Shown one piece after another: positions 33,428 to 43,629 of a stretch of 64,000 nt of DNA. Position numbers and translations under genes: made by a program. Numbering within the stretch: position 1 is the first letter of the stretch; each line of letters starts with the position of its first letter. The notes beneath the pieces are model-generated. The model ran no database searches and was not told the origin of the DNA. It saw only the letters and a program-made list of their open reading frames with translations. This DNA comes from a virus: the IMG/VR virus record IMGVR_UViG_3300007735_000786, positions 8,752 through 72,751 of that record; one strand, 5' to 3'.

Positions 33428-36082
33428 TTATTTAAAGTTTTTGGTAAACTCACCTAAAATATCTGATCCAGACTTTGATTTGTAATCATAGTCTTCATCT
33501 TCTTCATCATCTTCTTCATCATCTTCTAATCCTAATCGAAAAAATTGTGAAGGAGGTTTTATTTTATTGTCATCTTTCTTCTTGTCCTCTTCTTCTTCTG
33601 GGAACATACCTTGAATTGTATTAAGGTTTTCAAAAGGATCATTACTTGTTGTTAGTCCTGTTATTTTAAAGTCTGCTCCTGTTAAAGCTTTGGTTAAGTA
33701 TTCTTGTTCAGAGCGGTCAGTGTCAGGGAAAAACTTTTCGTAAAATTCATCTTCTGTTCCTTTGTATCCGGCTTTTTGAAATGTTGTGTATAGTGCTGTA
33801 TCTGATTTAGGATCACCTGTTTTGTAATCTTCTGGTCGTTCAATATAAGTTATGCCAAGCTCTTTTTGTGTTGGACGTTTGCGTTTTTCGTTTAAGTATT
33901 TAATATTCTCTCGTATTGTTTGAGCGGAGCCTGTGCGTAACGTTTCTTTAATGGCTTCTTTAAGTTCGTCTATTGTTCCCTTGAAGTCTTCTAGTCCATT
34001 TGCTTTAAGTACTTTATTCCAGGCTTCTTTGTCTGTTGGATCTACACCTTCAAGTACGTCATCAGCAAATTCTTCTGGTGTAGTGAAAATACCAAAAACA
34101 GATCCTAGATCTTTAGCTTCTTTACTTAAAGCTGGAAGAATATTCTTATAAATTTCATCTTGGATTTTACTGGCATTAACAATATCATCAGCACCATCAA
34201 ACCCTTGGCCTTGTCCTTTTACTTGAAAATGTATACGTGCAAAAGCATCTTTATCGTTAACGTCAATACCAAAACGATAAGCTTGTTGCGCCCAGTATTC
34301 ATCTCCTTTTTTAGCAGCTTCCCAATCTTGTGTTACTGTGTCCATTTGTTTTTTATAGGCTTCATCTCTAGCCTTGTCTCCAGTAGGATTAAAGTAAAAT
34401 GTAGAATCAAACTCACGTGCTGCTGTGTTTTGAATTTTATCTAAATAGTCTTTCGTTCTTTTGTCCGCAACAACTTTTACAGCGTTAACAATGTCTTGTG
34501 TTTGAAAAGGATTTTGTTCTTCTTGTCTAACATCAATGTATTCACGAAATTCATCCATTGAACGAGAAGTGTTAAACCTTGGGGTTAAATAATTATCAAC
34601 AAATTTTTTGGCAAAGGCACCGTCAATTTTTAATTGTTCCTCACTATCTTCTGTTTTATAACCTAATTCAATATCTTTTTGATAGCGTTCTTTAAGTGTT
34701 GTATCAAACCATTTCTGCCAGTTATATACTACGTTGTTTCGTACACCTGTAATGTTCTCTAGTTTTTTTTCTAAATCTTCTTCTGTTTTTGTTGTACTTC
34801 CCATTTGGGACAATATGCCACCAACACCACTATCTCCTAATATTGAATCACTTAATTGTTTATTGACATCCATAATTTCACTGAATCCACCGAGTCCTTT
34901 ATATAAACCAAGCATTTGTTCTTGTCCTTTAGCTTTTTTCATTTCAGCAATTGTTTCCCTTAAAACATCTTGAGCCAAAGCACCGAACTTCTTTGTTTCT
35001 ACTAAGGCTTCTGCTCCAACGGCTTGGTTAAATGCGTCTTCTAATTCAGTGATTCCACTTTTGGTACCTACTACACCTTTAAGTATTTCTTTATCTTCTG
35101 GTCGTTCTGAAAGACGGAATAACGTTAGAAACTCATCTTGTTTATCAATGTCAAGATATTTTTCTTTGGCTTGTTTTGACCAATAGGGATCACCTTTTTT
35201 TGCTTTGTCCCACTCAGCTGCTATTGCACTTCCTTCCCCCATCAAACGAGAAGCTTGTGTATCTGTATCTAACCCTAACTGCTGATCACGAATAGCTTGA
35301 ATCTCAGCGTCTGTTTTCTTAGCTTCCGTATATTTCTTAGTTTCTTCTGCTACTTCAACTGCATTAGCACGACGTTTTTCATTTTTACCATAATTAGTGT
35401 AATGGTTAGCATAAAAACCCGTCTCCCCATAACGTTCAATAACATCTACGTCATCGTTTTTTACATAACTATCCCATGCATTTTTTACGTCTGGATAATT
35501 TTCTTTATAATACTTTGGATCAAAATCACCATAAGGAGGTTTTGAACTAAGTGCTGGATCCCATTTATTTTTAGCTATATGTTTTTCAACGTAAGCTCCT
35601 CTAAAAGCATCTTCTATTTCTTTTTTTACTGTATCATTTAAATCTGGTATTTTTTTAAGTAGTTCTCTTTGTGTAATATATTCTCCTGGTTGAGATGTGT
35701 TTAAAGTAGCTACCGTTTTATCGTAAGCTGCATTTATAGGTACATTTGCTTTATGTTCATCTATTTCTTTATTAGCATCTCTTGCTCGCAAGTTGGCTAA
35801 TGCGCCTTCTTTGTTTGCTATTTTATTAGCTTCAGCTACTTTATTGTAATTTTCCATTGCCCCATCTTTGCTTGCTCCTGCGTTGTATACAATATTTCCA
35901 TTTGAATCTTTAATTACCTGCCCTGTTACCCACTTTCCACCTATTGCTGCTGAATATGTATCCCAATAAAAACTTTCCGGTCTACTAGTGTCATTCTCCT
36001 CACTATGATAAGCTTCGTTTGCACGTGAGTCTGGTAGCTTATTTACAACTAAACCTTTATCTGGACTGTAATAAATACTCAT
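33428..36082 (-). CDS. large helical protein, probably internal virion protein
   Basis: 884 aa, FDPKYY..YPDV..HY..YG..E.R motif, acidic tail, in the structural operon. Confidence 0.65.
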   Translation of the reverse strand: MSIYYSPDKGLVVNKLPDSRANEAYHSEENDTSRPESFYWDTYSAAIGGKWVTGQVIKDSNGNIVYNAGASKDGAMENYNKVAEANKIANKEGALANLRARDANKEIDEHKANVPINAAYDKTVATLNTSQPGEYITQRELLKKIPDLNDTVKKEIEDAFRGAYVEKHIAKNKWDPALSSKPPYGDFDPKYYKENYPDVKNAWDSYVKNDDVDVIERYGETGFYANHYTNYGKNEKRRANAVEVAEETKKYTEAKKTDAEIQAIRDQQLGLDTDTQASRLMGEGSAIAAEWDKAKKGDPYWSKQAKEKYLDIDKQDEFLTLFRLSERPEDKEILKGVVGTKSGITELEDAFNQAVGAEALVETKKFGALAQDVLRETIAEMKKAKGQEQMLGLYKGLGGFSEIMDVNKQLSDSILGDSGVGGILSQMGSTTKTEEDLEKKLENITGVRNNVVYNWQKWFDTTLKERYQKDIELGYKTEDSEEQLKIDGAFAKKFVDNYLTPRFNTSRSMDEFREYIDVRQEEQNPFQTQDIVNAVKVVADKRTKDYLDKIQNTAAREFDSTFYFNPTGDKARDEAYKKQMDTVTQDWEAAKKGDEYWAQQAYRFGIDVNDKDAFARIHFQVKGQGQGFDGADDIVNASKIQDEIYKNILPALSKEAKDLGSVFGIFTTPEEFADDVLEGVDPTDKEAWNKVLKANGLEDFKGTIDELKEAIKETLRTGSAQTIRENIKYLNEKRKRPTQKELGITYIERPEDYKTGDPKSDTALYTTFQKAGYKGTEDEFYEKFFPDTDRSEQEYLTKALTGADFKITGLTTSNDPFENLNTIQGMFPEEEEDKKKDDNKIKPPSQFFRLGLEDDEEDDEEDEDYDYKSKSGSDILGEFTKNFK

Positions 36083-36083
36083 A

Positions 36084-36452
36084 TTAAACAGCGTAACTTA
36101 AAGTGGTAGGACAAGCTGTAAAGAAGTCAATAGCTTCTTGATTCATCCAAGACTGTATCATATCCATCTTAGCTTGAGTGAAAAATTCTTGTTGTTGATA
36201 CCATTCTTCCATCTTATCGCTGCCTTTGTGATTATTGCAACGTTGGCACGCAGGAAGCAGGTTATTACGGTTGTTAGAACCAGAACGAAACCTTGGTATT
36301 ATGTGATCTAAAGACGTAGCTTCCCTGCCGCAATAACCACATTTGTGGTCCCAGGATTCGTAGATAGATTGTCGATAACGGCGCTTAGCTAATTTAGGAG
36401 TTAATTCAAGGAGAAGGGAAAGGGGATCCTGCTCACAATTGAACATACTCAA
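36084..36452 (-). CDS. HNH endonuclease
   Basis: CGYCG....SLDHIIP...G.N...NLLPACQRCN..K. Confidence 0.9.
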   Translation of the reverse strand: MSMFNCEQDPLSLLLELTPKLAKRRYRQSIYESWDHKCGYCGREATSLDHIIPRFRSGSNNRNNLLPACQRCNNHKGSDKMEEWYQQQEFFTQAKMDMIQSWMNQEAIDFFTACPTTLSYAV

Positions 36453-36536
36453 TTTGCTGTTATCTTATTTTAATTTCTCTAAACGCGGGGGAAAGAGTAT
36501 AGATACAGAAGCTTTCTTGAAGACAGCGACAAGTAT

Positions 36537-38096
36537 TCAAGGCGTATATGCTATGCCGTCTTTATCATACATAGTAAAGTTAGAAATAAGAATACGGTCT
36601 GTTGTAATGTTAAATAGTTTTTGTAACATCGGATATATCATTGGTGACTGGGAATTGTAAGGTGGCACGTCCATCATTGCCAATGATCTTCTGGTTGCAT
36701 AGTATGATCTTGCTGCTTGTTGTTCTTTTTCTGTTTTAGCAACTAGCTTTTGTTCCCAGTTGACCATACTTTCTGGTCCCACTGGAAAGTCAGATGGTTC
36801 GGGTGGGAACACACGATCTTTAAATCTAAGTGCATAGATGTGTTTGCAATAACGTAACTCATCTAGAAGAGGTGTCCAGTTATCTGTAATAGATGTAATT
36901 ACATCTTGTGGAATGGAATTTGCATCAGTACTTGTAACACTTGTAGCGTAATCTTCGTAACCAGGTAAGCCTTCTGCAGCAGAGCCTGGGAGCGCTATAT
37001 CAGATGTACTACGGGTGTACAAGAAACCAAACTCACGATAGACCCCAGGGTTGTCTCTGGTGGCTCCTACTTCGGTTGTAGAGCTATCTGAGACTGTGTA
37101 ATCAAGTCCGAAAGTATCTGGTGCATATACCTCAATGTTTCTATCTACAGATGCTGTAGTCATTGCACTGTTATCTAAAATACCATCACGTTTTGTTATT
37201 TCAAAACGACCTGGTTTTATTGATGCTATGTTGTTGCGAGGTATTGATTGTTTGTTGTTACTAGAAGTAAGGAAGGAGTAGTCCCGATGCGTAAAGTCCT
37301 GGCAGGTACAACAGTATCGTGCTCCTGTTATAAGATACCTACCTACTGTAAAGCTTTGTGGAGATGGGCTTATATACACAGCGTCCGGTGTTACGTACAC
37401 AGAACCAGCTTTCTTAAACGTAAGTATTCCTGTAAAAGGATCTATGTTTGTAACTACAGCTTGAACATAACCATAACGTTTTTGTGTTGCTGGATTAAAC
37501 GTGTCTTTTGTAATTATGTCTCCACCGGCAGTAATAACACGATCTTCAAAAATCTCTGTAGTCGCTGGACGTAAACCATTAGGTTGTCCTGTAACAGGAA
37601 TATAGAATGGTGCGGGAAGTGGGTTGCCTGCGCTCCAGGTTCCAGCAAGCGTTACATACCAATTTGTTGCATCTTCTGTGACGCTACTGATATAAAGTCT
37701 GTCGGTACTAACGGGATCAATAAAATCATCACAACGTAATGATCCAGCGTATCGCCATATCGCCCAGTGCATTCCAAGTTCTTTATTTGTAGTTGGAAAG
37801 CCTACAAAGGCACCTGAGATTACAGGCGTTGGATTACCACTTGTTGTAGTAGCTGGTATCTCGTAGGAAAATTCATATCTGTAATCAGTGTTATGTGTAG
37901 ATGCGGTCGCAAGTTCATAACCTTTTCTCCAACGTGTCCAAGCAGATTCTCTATTTATTGTGTAAATAGAGTCTGGAATTGAACCACGGGAAAACTCCGT
38001 AGTTATTGGCTTCACACCCGCTGGTGGAATTATGGGTGCAGTTGATAGACCACCAAAGGAACTTGCGCCAAAAGAGTTTCCACTCTTCTTTGCCAT
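36537..38096 (-). CDS. structural-module protein with a split SWIM-like zinc site
   Basis: YCCTCQDF and YCKHIYAL about 150 aa apart. Confidence 0.65.
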   Translation of the reverse strand: MAKKSGNSFGASSFGGLSTAPIIPPAGVKPITTEFSRGSIPDSIYTINRESAWTRWRKGYELATASTHNTDYRYEFSYEIPATTTSGNPTPVISGAFVGFPTTNKELGMHWAIWRYAGSLRCDDFIDPVSTDRLYISSVTEDATNWYVTLAGTWSAGNPLPAPFYIPVTGQPNGLRPATTEIFEDRVITAGGDIITKDTFNPATQKRYGYVQAVVTNIDPFTGILTFKKAGSVYVTPDAVYISPSPQSFTVGRYLITGARYCCTCQDFTHRDYSFLTSSNNKQSIPRNNIASIKPGRFEITKRDGILDNSAMTTASVDRNIEVYAPDTFGLDYTVSDSSTTEVGATRDNPGVYREFGFLYTRSTSDIALPGSAAEGLPGYEDYATSVTSTDANSIPQDVITSITDNWTPLLDELRYCKHIYALRFKDRVFPPEPSDFPVGPESMVNWEQKLVAKTEKEQQAARSYYATRRSLAMMDVPPYNSQSPMIYPMLQKLFNITTDRILISNFTMYDKDGIAYTP

Positions 38097-38098
38097 GA

Positions 38099-38881
38099 CT
38101 AGAAGAAACCGCCTTCTGCTATGACGTGAGCACCTGGAATATAACCACTTGAGTTAGGGCCGTCTGGGAATACACCTACGTAAATTCTGTCGCCACGTTC
38201 CAAGTAAATACCTTTGTTACGTAAAGGTGCGGTCGAACCCAAACCAGTGGTATTGCCTGCTTGCACAACAGGTGTTGCAAGTTGAGGCATCACATCAGAA
38301 CAATCAACTACACCACTATCAGCCGGAACTGTCTTAGCAAACAACAATCTATAATCACCAGAACCAGGGATTGGTATTGTTGTACCACGAGTGTGATAAA
38401 ACGCAAAGGTAACTGCAGGTTTGTATCCGTAGTTAACGCCGTTGTATAAGAAGCCTGTAGTTGTACCGCCAGAGTATAAAAGGGCGGTGTTAACACCTGT
38501 CAATGTAGATGCCCCTGTATAGGTGTAATAACCAACGCCACTAGCAGGAGCTGTACCTATACCTGTAACTGCTGTGATCTGTATTATCTGACCACTTACA
38601 AAGGAAACAACTTGACCAGAACTTGCAATTCCTGTGTAAGTGTAGTCTGGAGCACGATAGAAATCATTACGTACAATCGTAATGGAATCAACAACACCGC
38701 CATTGTTGGTGTCTTCACTAAGGGCTGCATCCATGTCCACCAAAATTGATGGCCCTTGTCCGCCTTGTACAAAGAGAGTGTTGGAGGATGCACTACCTAC
38801 AGTCTGTGTAGTTACACGGACGGAATCAAATAATGGTCTATCAACCAATAAGGGTTGTTTATTTGTGGCTGTAGAAGACAA
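38099..38881 (-). CDS. putative virion structural protein
   Basis: T/G/S-rich; ends LERGDRIYVG...AEGGFF. Confidence 0.65.
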   Translation of the reverse strand: MSSTATNKQPLLVDRPLFDSVRVTTQTVGSASSNTLFVQGGQGPSILVDMDAALSEDTNNGGVVDSITIVRNDFYRAPDYTYTGIASSGQVVSFVSGQIIQITAVTGIGTAPASGVGYYTYTGASTLTGVNTALLYSGGTTTGFLYNGVNYGYKPAVTFAFYHTRGTTIPIPGSGDYRLLFAKTVPADSGVVDCSDVMPQLATPVVQAGNTTGLGSTAPLRNKGIYLERGDRIYVGVFPDGPNSSGYIPGAHVIAEGGFF

Positions 38882-38911
38882 TGTACTTACCGCTTTTTAT
38901 TAATTATAGCG

Positions 38912-39208
38912 TTATGTTCCAAGGTTAGACAGAGCTTGAAACTCTTGAAATTTCTGAGGAAGACGCATTTTACTTGTAAATAAAGACTCTGGATTATTTT
39001 GTAAATTTAAAAACCGTTCAAAAGAACTTCCTGGTTTTGCCAAGGAGTCTTGTATGCTACCTGTATTCGGGATATCAGCAAATTTAAATTTTTTCTTTGT
39101 TAAGTAATCAACAATAAATTGTGGATCTTCACGGTATTCTGATAGGCCGCTATTATACACTTCCCCTGGGAGGTAAGAGCTATCTACGTAGTCAGAAAAT
39201 CTAGCCAT
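38912..39208 (-). CDS. hypothetical protein
   Basis: TGATG coupling. Confidence 0.6.
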   Translation of the reverse strand: MARFSDYVDSSYLPGEVYNSGLSEYREDPQFIVDYLTKKKFKFADIPNTGSIQDSLAKPGSSFERFLNLQNNPESLFTSKMRLPQKFQEFQALSNLGT

Positions 39209-39888
39209 CAGTACAACGCAAAAGGATTAGTTGGTATCACTGGACTGGTTGTAGAAAGCACTCCAGGAAGTACGGATTGCATTACCATCTCTACTAATGT
39301 TTTTGCCTTATTATTCGTGTCTTCTAACTTTGGTTTTTCTGTGCCACTTAAGACTGACGATAAAATATCTTCCACAGAGCGTGTATTTGTATTAACAGAA
39401 GTTACCGCAGAGTTACTAAAAGAAGTATTAGGAACATCTCCCAAAACACGTTGTGCATTTTCATATAGATCACCGCCTTGCTTAAAACGTTTTGATGCAC
39501 CTGCAACAGAAGTACCAAAAGAATCTTTAGCGTTTAAAGAAACATTAGGATTACCTCCTAATACCGTAGCGTAAGCTCGATCAATACCCATGCCTGGTTT
39601 ATAGCCTCGATCAGTAAGAAACTGAACAGCTTTAGGCATCTGTTCTGCACGGGTATATTTACCTATGCGAGATTGATCTAGGTATTTCTTTTGTTCGTCT
39701 GGTCCAAATTGAATCATGCCATAATAATTACCTCCTGCCCCACCACGGATATTGGGATCCATGTTAGTACCAGATTCCAAAGAAAGGAATCCGCCTAATT
39801 CATAAGGATTAAGTTTTAACTTACGCGCAGCATCAAATATTGCTGCACGATCAGCTTGAGGTAATGTTCCAACGCGAGGTGTAGACAT
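39208..39888 (-). CDS. lysozyme-like / lytic transglycosylase domain protein
   Basis: LSLESG...DP......YYGMIQF...EQ pattern. Confidence 0.7.
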   Translation of the reverse strand: MSTPRVGTLPQADRAAIFDAARKLKLNPYELGGFLSLESGTNMDPNIRGGAGGNYYGMIQFGPDEQKKYLDQSRIGKYTRAEQMPKAVQFLTDRGYKPGMGIDRAYATVLGGNPNVSLNAKDSFGTSVAGASKRFKQGGDLYENAQRVLGDVPNTSFSNSAVTSVNTNTRSVEDILSSVLSGTEKPKLEDTNNKAKTLVEMVMQSVLPGVLSTTSPVIPTNPFALY

Positions 39889-39901
39889 AAGTATTGAAGT
39901 T

Positions 39902-40015
39902 TCATCTAACCCAATTTGATTCGGCCTTGAGACCTGGTGTAAATACAGCTTGAACAGATGTAATCAAGCTAACAGTAACTGCAAGGCGTTTAACAAAATT
40001 AGGACAAAGAGTCAT
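39902..40015 (-). CDS. 37-aa signal-peptide-like ORF
   Basis: MTLCPNFVKRLAVTVSLITSVQAVFTPGLKAESNWVR; not in the ORF track. Confidence 0.5.
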   Translation of the reverse strand: MTLCPNFVKRLAVTVSLITSVQAVFTPGLKAESNWVR

Positions 40016-40033
40016 CAGTTTAAAGCAACAACA

Positions 40034-40101
40034 CTGGTCTCCGTGAATCAAAGATTCTTATCCAGTTGGGTTCTTGGGCTTACATGTTGTGCAATGCCAA
40101 G
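40034..40101 (-). promoter_or_regulatory. two-hairpin structured 5' leader
   Basis: CTTGG..TTGCA/TGTAA..CCAAG and CTGG..GAATC-TTT-GATTC..CCAG downstream of TATAAT. Confidence 0.45.
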
Positions 40102-40110
40102 CATATAAAG

Positions 40111-41049
40111 TTAATTATATTGTTGTATTTGTTTCATTAACTCTTCGTCAAATACAGCATTTTTAAACAAGTCTGCAAGGTCTTGGGCTTGTACTTGTGC
40201 TCCAGTATTTACTTGTTGTGCTGTAGTTGCATTAAGTCCTGGTACAGATGTGATGGGTGATTGCATCTGATAACCAACAGCAGGATTTTGGGGTTCGCCA
40301 TAATCCCGGTAATCATATTCTGTGCCAGCCTTACCGTAGGCGCTAAGTCCTTGTAGTGCTGCACCAGGGTTTATGGTGTTTTGAATTACATCATATCCAG
40401 CTTGGCCAGGTTTTACTTTACTAGCTAAGCCACCTGGACCACCATATTTTTTAGCCCAGATTTGCATACCAATATCTTCTGCTGTCTTAACGCTTTCAGG
40501 TGTAGCACCTTGAGCAGCAGCAATTTTACGTGCGTTTTCGTAACGTTGAAGTTCAGGATCCTGTGCTGTTAATTGCGCAGTACGAGATACTTCCTGTTGG
40601 TAAGCACGGTCTGCTGGTGGTGCGTAAGTATCAATAGAAGGATCTTGTGATCTGCCTCGTGGTAAAAGGTTGCCAAATTGACCGCCTACTTTACCAGCTT
40701 CTCGTGTATAAACTAAATCGTTTCCGAGTTTAGCAGGGAAGAAACGTTGTCCTCCGACATTAATTTCACCTAACGCAGCAGCCTCCGGTGTATAACCTCC
40801 TCTCCCAAGCAAAACTTCTCTGCCATTTAAACGTGCAGAACCTAAATTAGGAAGTTTTGTTTCGCTAGTTCCAAGATTTAAGAAGGCTCCTATTCTTGCG
40901 AAAGGATTTGCAGGCTCTGCCCCACGGATAACACCACCTTGTCTTAATTTATTAAGAACAGCTTGTTGTTCTCTAGCTCTTTGCGTTTGACCTGGATCAG
41001 GACTTTGCTTGCTGTTTCGTTGTCCACCTTGATAAGCCATTAGCGCCAA
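40111..41049 (-). CDS. hypothetical virion protein
   Basis: 312 aa, Q/G/A-rich, in the structural operon. Confidence 0.65.
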   Translation of the reverse strand: MALMAYQGGQRNSKQSPDPGQTQRAREQQAVLNKLRQGGVIRGAEPANPFARIGAFLNLGTSETKLPNLGSARLNGREVLLGRGGYTPEAAALGEINVGGQRFFPAKLGNDLVYTREAGKVGGQFGNLLPRGRSQDPSIDTYAPPADRAYQQEVSRTAQLTAQDPELQRYENARKIAAAQGATPESVKTAEDIGMQIWAKKYGGPGGLASKVKPGQAGYDVIQNTINPGAALQGLSAYGKAGTEYDYRDYGEPQNPAVGYQMQSPITSVPGLNATTAQQVNTGAQVQAQDLADLFKNAVFDEELMKQIQQYN

Positions 41050-41501
41050 ACCTCATGAAGATAAATACGAGAACCGACTGAAGTATCGGCAGGGCCAGGT
41101 AAAGCCTGGATAAATTCAGCACCAGAGCGTTCGTAGCGGTATCTGGCTTGGAAAGGATCTTTGTAGTTTGGAACGTAAAGAATACCAGCTAAACGATTAG
41201 TTTCGTAAAGGTAAACTTCATCCCAAACTTTCAAGGCTTCCTTGGTATTACTAGAGCGGATCGTGCGATCCACATCACCTGCAATACTTTCTAAACGTGT
41301 GGAAGGAGAAGAGGCGACTTCTGTTTTCTTTTCAGCCGTATCACAACGACCAATTTGAATAGCAATTTTGTCGTAGAAGTAAGAATCAGGAACAGTGTTC
41401 AAAGATTCTTCTAAACGAGCATAATCTCCCGCTGGAACAGAAACCACATAGTATCCTAAATGGTATCTAACTCTGCTTTTGTCGAAGTCAGAGAGTTGCA
41501 C
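41040..41501 (-). CDS. putative head-tail adaptor
   Basis: LSDFDKSRVRYHLGY; downstream of the capsid genes; GGAGG RBS. Confidence 0.55.
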   Translation of the reverse strand: MQLSDFDKSRVRYHLGYYVVSVPAGDYARLEESLNTVPDSYFYDKIAIQIGRCDTAEKKTEVASSPSTRLESIAGDVDRTIRSSNTKEALKVWDEVYLYETNRLAGILYVPNYKDPFQARYRYERSGAEFIQALPGPADTSVGSRIYLHEVWR

Positions 41502-41540
41502 TTCTATTCCTCCTTATCTATTTATTATAAAAGCATGTAA

Positions 41541-42269
41541 TCAACTAAATACATTGTTAAGGAAATCACCTGTTGCTGCAGACTTACCTTGTATAAACGG
41601 ATTACTTGCGGAGTAAGAAGACAGAAAGGATTGTGGGTTAAGTGCTTGACTCAAAACATTACCTAATAACTGTTCCTTTAACTGTTGTTCAAATGTCTTT
41701 GGTGCTTCCTTTGGCTTATCTGTGTATCCTGCACCATACAAAAAAGCTTTAAGTATATCTTCTGTTCGTGCGTCAGTGGATGTTGTTGTTTGTGCAGGTG
41801 CTGTTACAGCCGGTGCGGCTGATGCAACTGTACTACTTCCCGCTGGTTTCGTATGTAGGAACTGAATATCATAAGGTTGTCCTTTTGAATCTGTAGTTGA
41901 TAAAGTACCATAGCCTTTATTTGGTGTAAAGGTACCATAACCCTTATACGCTAATTGAGTTCCAGCACCAATGCCTAAATCAATTCCCTCATGGTACGTG
42001 GATGCTCCTGCGGTAGGTGCAGAACGTGGCCCAAAACGCGATGTGATTGGGTTGTTCCAATTCCACTGGCCATCTTTGCCTTGTTGTACGATAGGCTTCC
42101 CTGCAGCTTGTATATTTTGAAGTAAAGACCTTATTGTCTCTGGGTTAATTTTCTTACCTTTATCTTTTCCAAATTGTGGAATTACACGTACATCAAGATG
42201 TGGTCCAGTAGTCGCAAAGACGTCTTCTCCGGGACTAGCAATTTTTCCTATCGGTATTAAAGCTGCCAT
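41541..42269 (-). CDS. circularly permuted M23 peptidase-like protein
   Basis: TGPHLD precedes ITSRFGPR...HEGIDL...GYG...FLH. Confidence 0.7.
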   Translation of the reverse strand: MAALIPIGKIASPGEDVFATTGPHLDVRVIPQFGKDKGKKINPETIRSLLQNIQAAGKPIVQQGKDGQWNWNNPITSRFGPRSAPTAGASTYHEGIDLGIGAGTQLAYKGYGTFTPNKGYGTLSTTDSKGQPYDIQFLHTKPAGSSTVASAAPAVTAPAQTTTSTDARTEDILKAFLYGAGYTDKPKEAPKTFEQQLKEQLLGNVLSQALNPQSFLSSYSASNPFIQGKSAATGDFLNNVFS

Positions 42270-42300
42270 TTGTATTTTATTTTTCTTTTATTCTAAAAGC

Positions 42301-42324
42301 AAAAACCCCCGGTTTCCCAGGGGT
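42301..42324 (-). terminator. intrinsic terminator
   Basis: ACCCCTGG-GAAA-CCGGGGGT hairpin followed by a T run. Confidence 0.75.
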
Positions 42325-42340
42325 AAGTAGGAGATGAGTA

Positions 42341-42751
42341 TTAGACACGTATTAAATCAGCAGAAAAAACAGACTCCCAATCAATTCGTTTAATCTGTCT
42401 CAGTTGTTCGAGATTGTTAAATCTTTCACCTGATAAGGACATTTGAAGATCTTTGATCTCACGAGCGGTCTTAAGACCTATGCCCTTGATATGATCTGCG
42501 AGCATCTGAGCAGTTGCCGAATTTACATTCAAGCGATGATCAGGAGGAAAAGTACGTGGCTCTTCTTTTGCTGCTTTATCTTTTACCTGAAGAGTCTTTA
42601 CCTTTTTAGTGGCATCTTCATCAGGCGATATTTCAGTTTTATAAGCTGTAAATAAACGTCCGTCTTGGTCTTCGACCATAAACCAGTCGCCGTTATCCCA
42701 TTCGCTTATAACTTTGAGGCGTGCGCCTGTCTTTTTGTGCTGATAGAGCAT
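42341..42751 (-). CDS. helix-hairpin-helix (ComEA-like) DNA-binding protein
   Basis: LNVNSATAQML...KGIGLKTA.EI......FNNLEQLRQIKRI. Confidence 0.8.
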   Translation of the reverse strand: MLYQHKKTGARLKVISEWDNGDWFMVEDQDGRLFTAYKTEISPDEDATKKVKTLQVKDKAAKEEPRTFPPDHRLNVNSATAQMLADHIKGIGLKTAREIKDLQMSLSGERFNNLEQLRQIKRIDWESVFSADLIRV

Positions 42752-42789
42752 AAGGACCAGAAGAATGTTCTGGTCCTAGTTTACCCTAA

Positions 42790-43593
42790 TTAGCTGACAG
42801 TGCGACCAATTAAGTAGCTATCGATATCTTCGTAGCCAGGAGCTTCATCAGGTTGGATGTAGCATATTTCAACTACAAAGTAACCTGCACGACCAGCAAG
42901 TGAATCACCACTGGAGATGTAGAAACCACCAGAAGTAGCTGTACTGTTAGCTGTTTCTTTTGCAAACACCTTCATGGTGGTGGATGCAGTGGCAGCGTAA
43001 TTAACATTACCTGCTGTTACACCTGCTGCACCTGAAGCAATATGGAATGGGTTGGTGCCATAACCTGCAACACCTGCAGTGAAGAAAATTTCACCAGCTT
43101 GTGTGCCAGAGGTAGTAGAGGTGAGGTTAGCTTGGATAACACCTTCGCCAACACCAGAAGCAGCTACTGGGCTACCAGAGTTACTGCGACCAAATGATAG
43201 TACGTTACCTGTTGCGGCATAAATTCCAGAAGCAACGCGACCATCACCCCAACCAGAGGCTACGGAAATCGCAGTGCGGTATACGTAAGCAGGTAGGGTA
43301 GCTGAACCAGAGATCACCATACCAGTGATGTTGGTACGTGTGTCGTCATTCTGATAAGGAGAAGGAACGATCACATCAGCAGCAGCTACTGCACCAGCAC
43401 CAGATGTTGCGGTTACAGCGACATAACCACGTTGTTGAAAATAACGGTAACCGGGGAGAGCCAATACGGAAGTAGGGCCACCTTTAGTTGCGTCATTAGA
43501 GCCGTTGTCGTTGGTATCAATGTTTTTGTACCAACCATTCAGGGGTTCTGCCCAGTTGCCTGGGTAGATTTTCTTAGCGGACAAATAAGTCAT
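42790..43593 (-). CDS. capsid-associated (decoration/minor) protein
   Basis: Immediately after the capsid gene; A/G/S/T-rich; strong codon bias. Confidence 0.6.
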   Translation of the reverse strand: MTYLSAKKIYPGNWAEPLNGWYKNIDTNDNGSNDATKGGPTSVLALPGYRYFQQRGYVAVTATSGAGAVAAADVIVPSPYQNDDTRTNITGMVISGSATLPAYVYRTAISVASGWGDGRVASGIYAATGNVLSFGRSNSGSPVAASGVGEGVIQANLTSTTSGTQAGEIFFTAGVAGYGTNPFHIASGAAGVTAGNVNYAATASTTMKVFAKETANSTATSGGFYISSGDSLAGRAGYFVVEICYIQPDEAPGYEDIDSYLIGRTVS

Positions 43594-43629
43594 TTATTTT
43601 TTCCTTGGAGATTATTACAGTGATTATGT

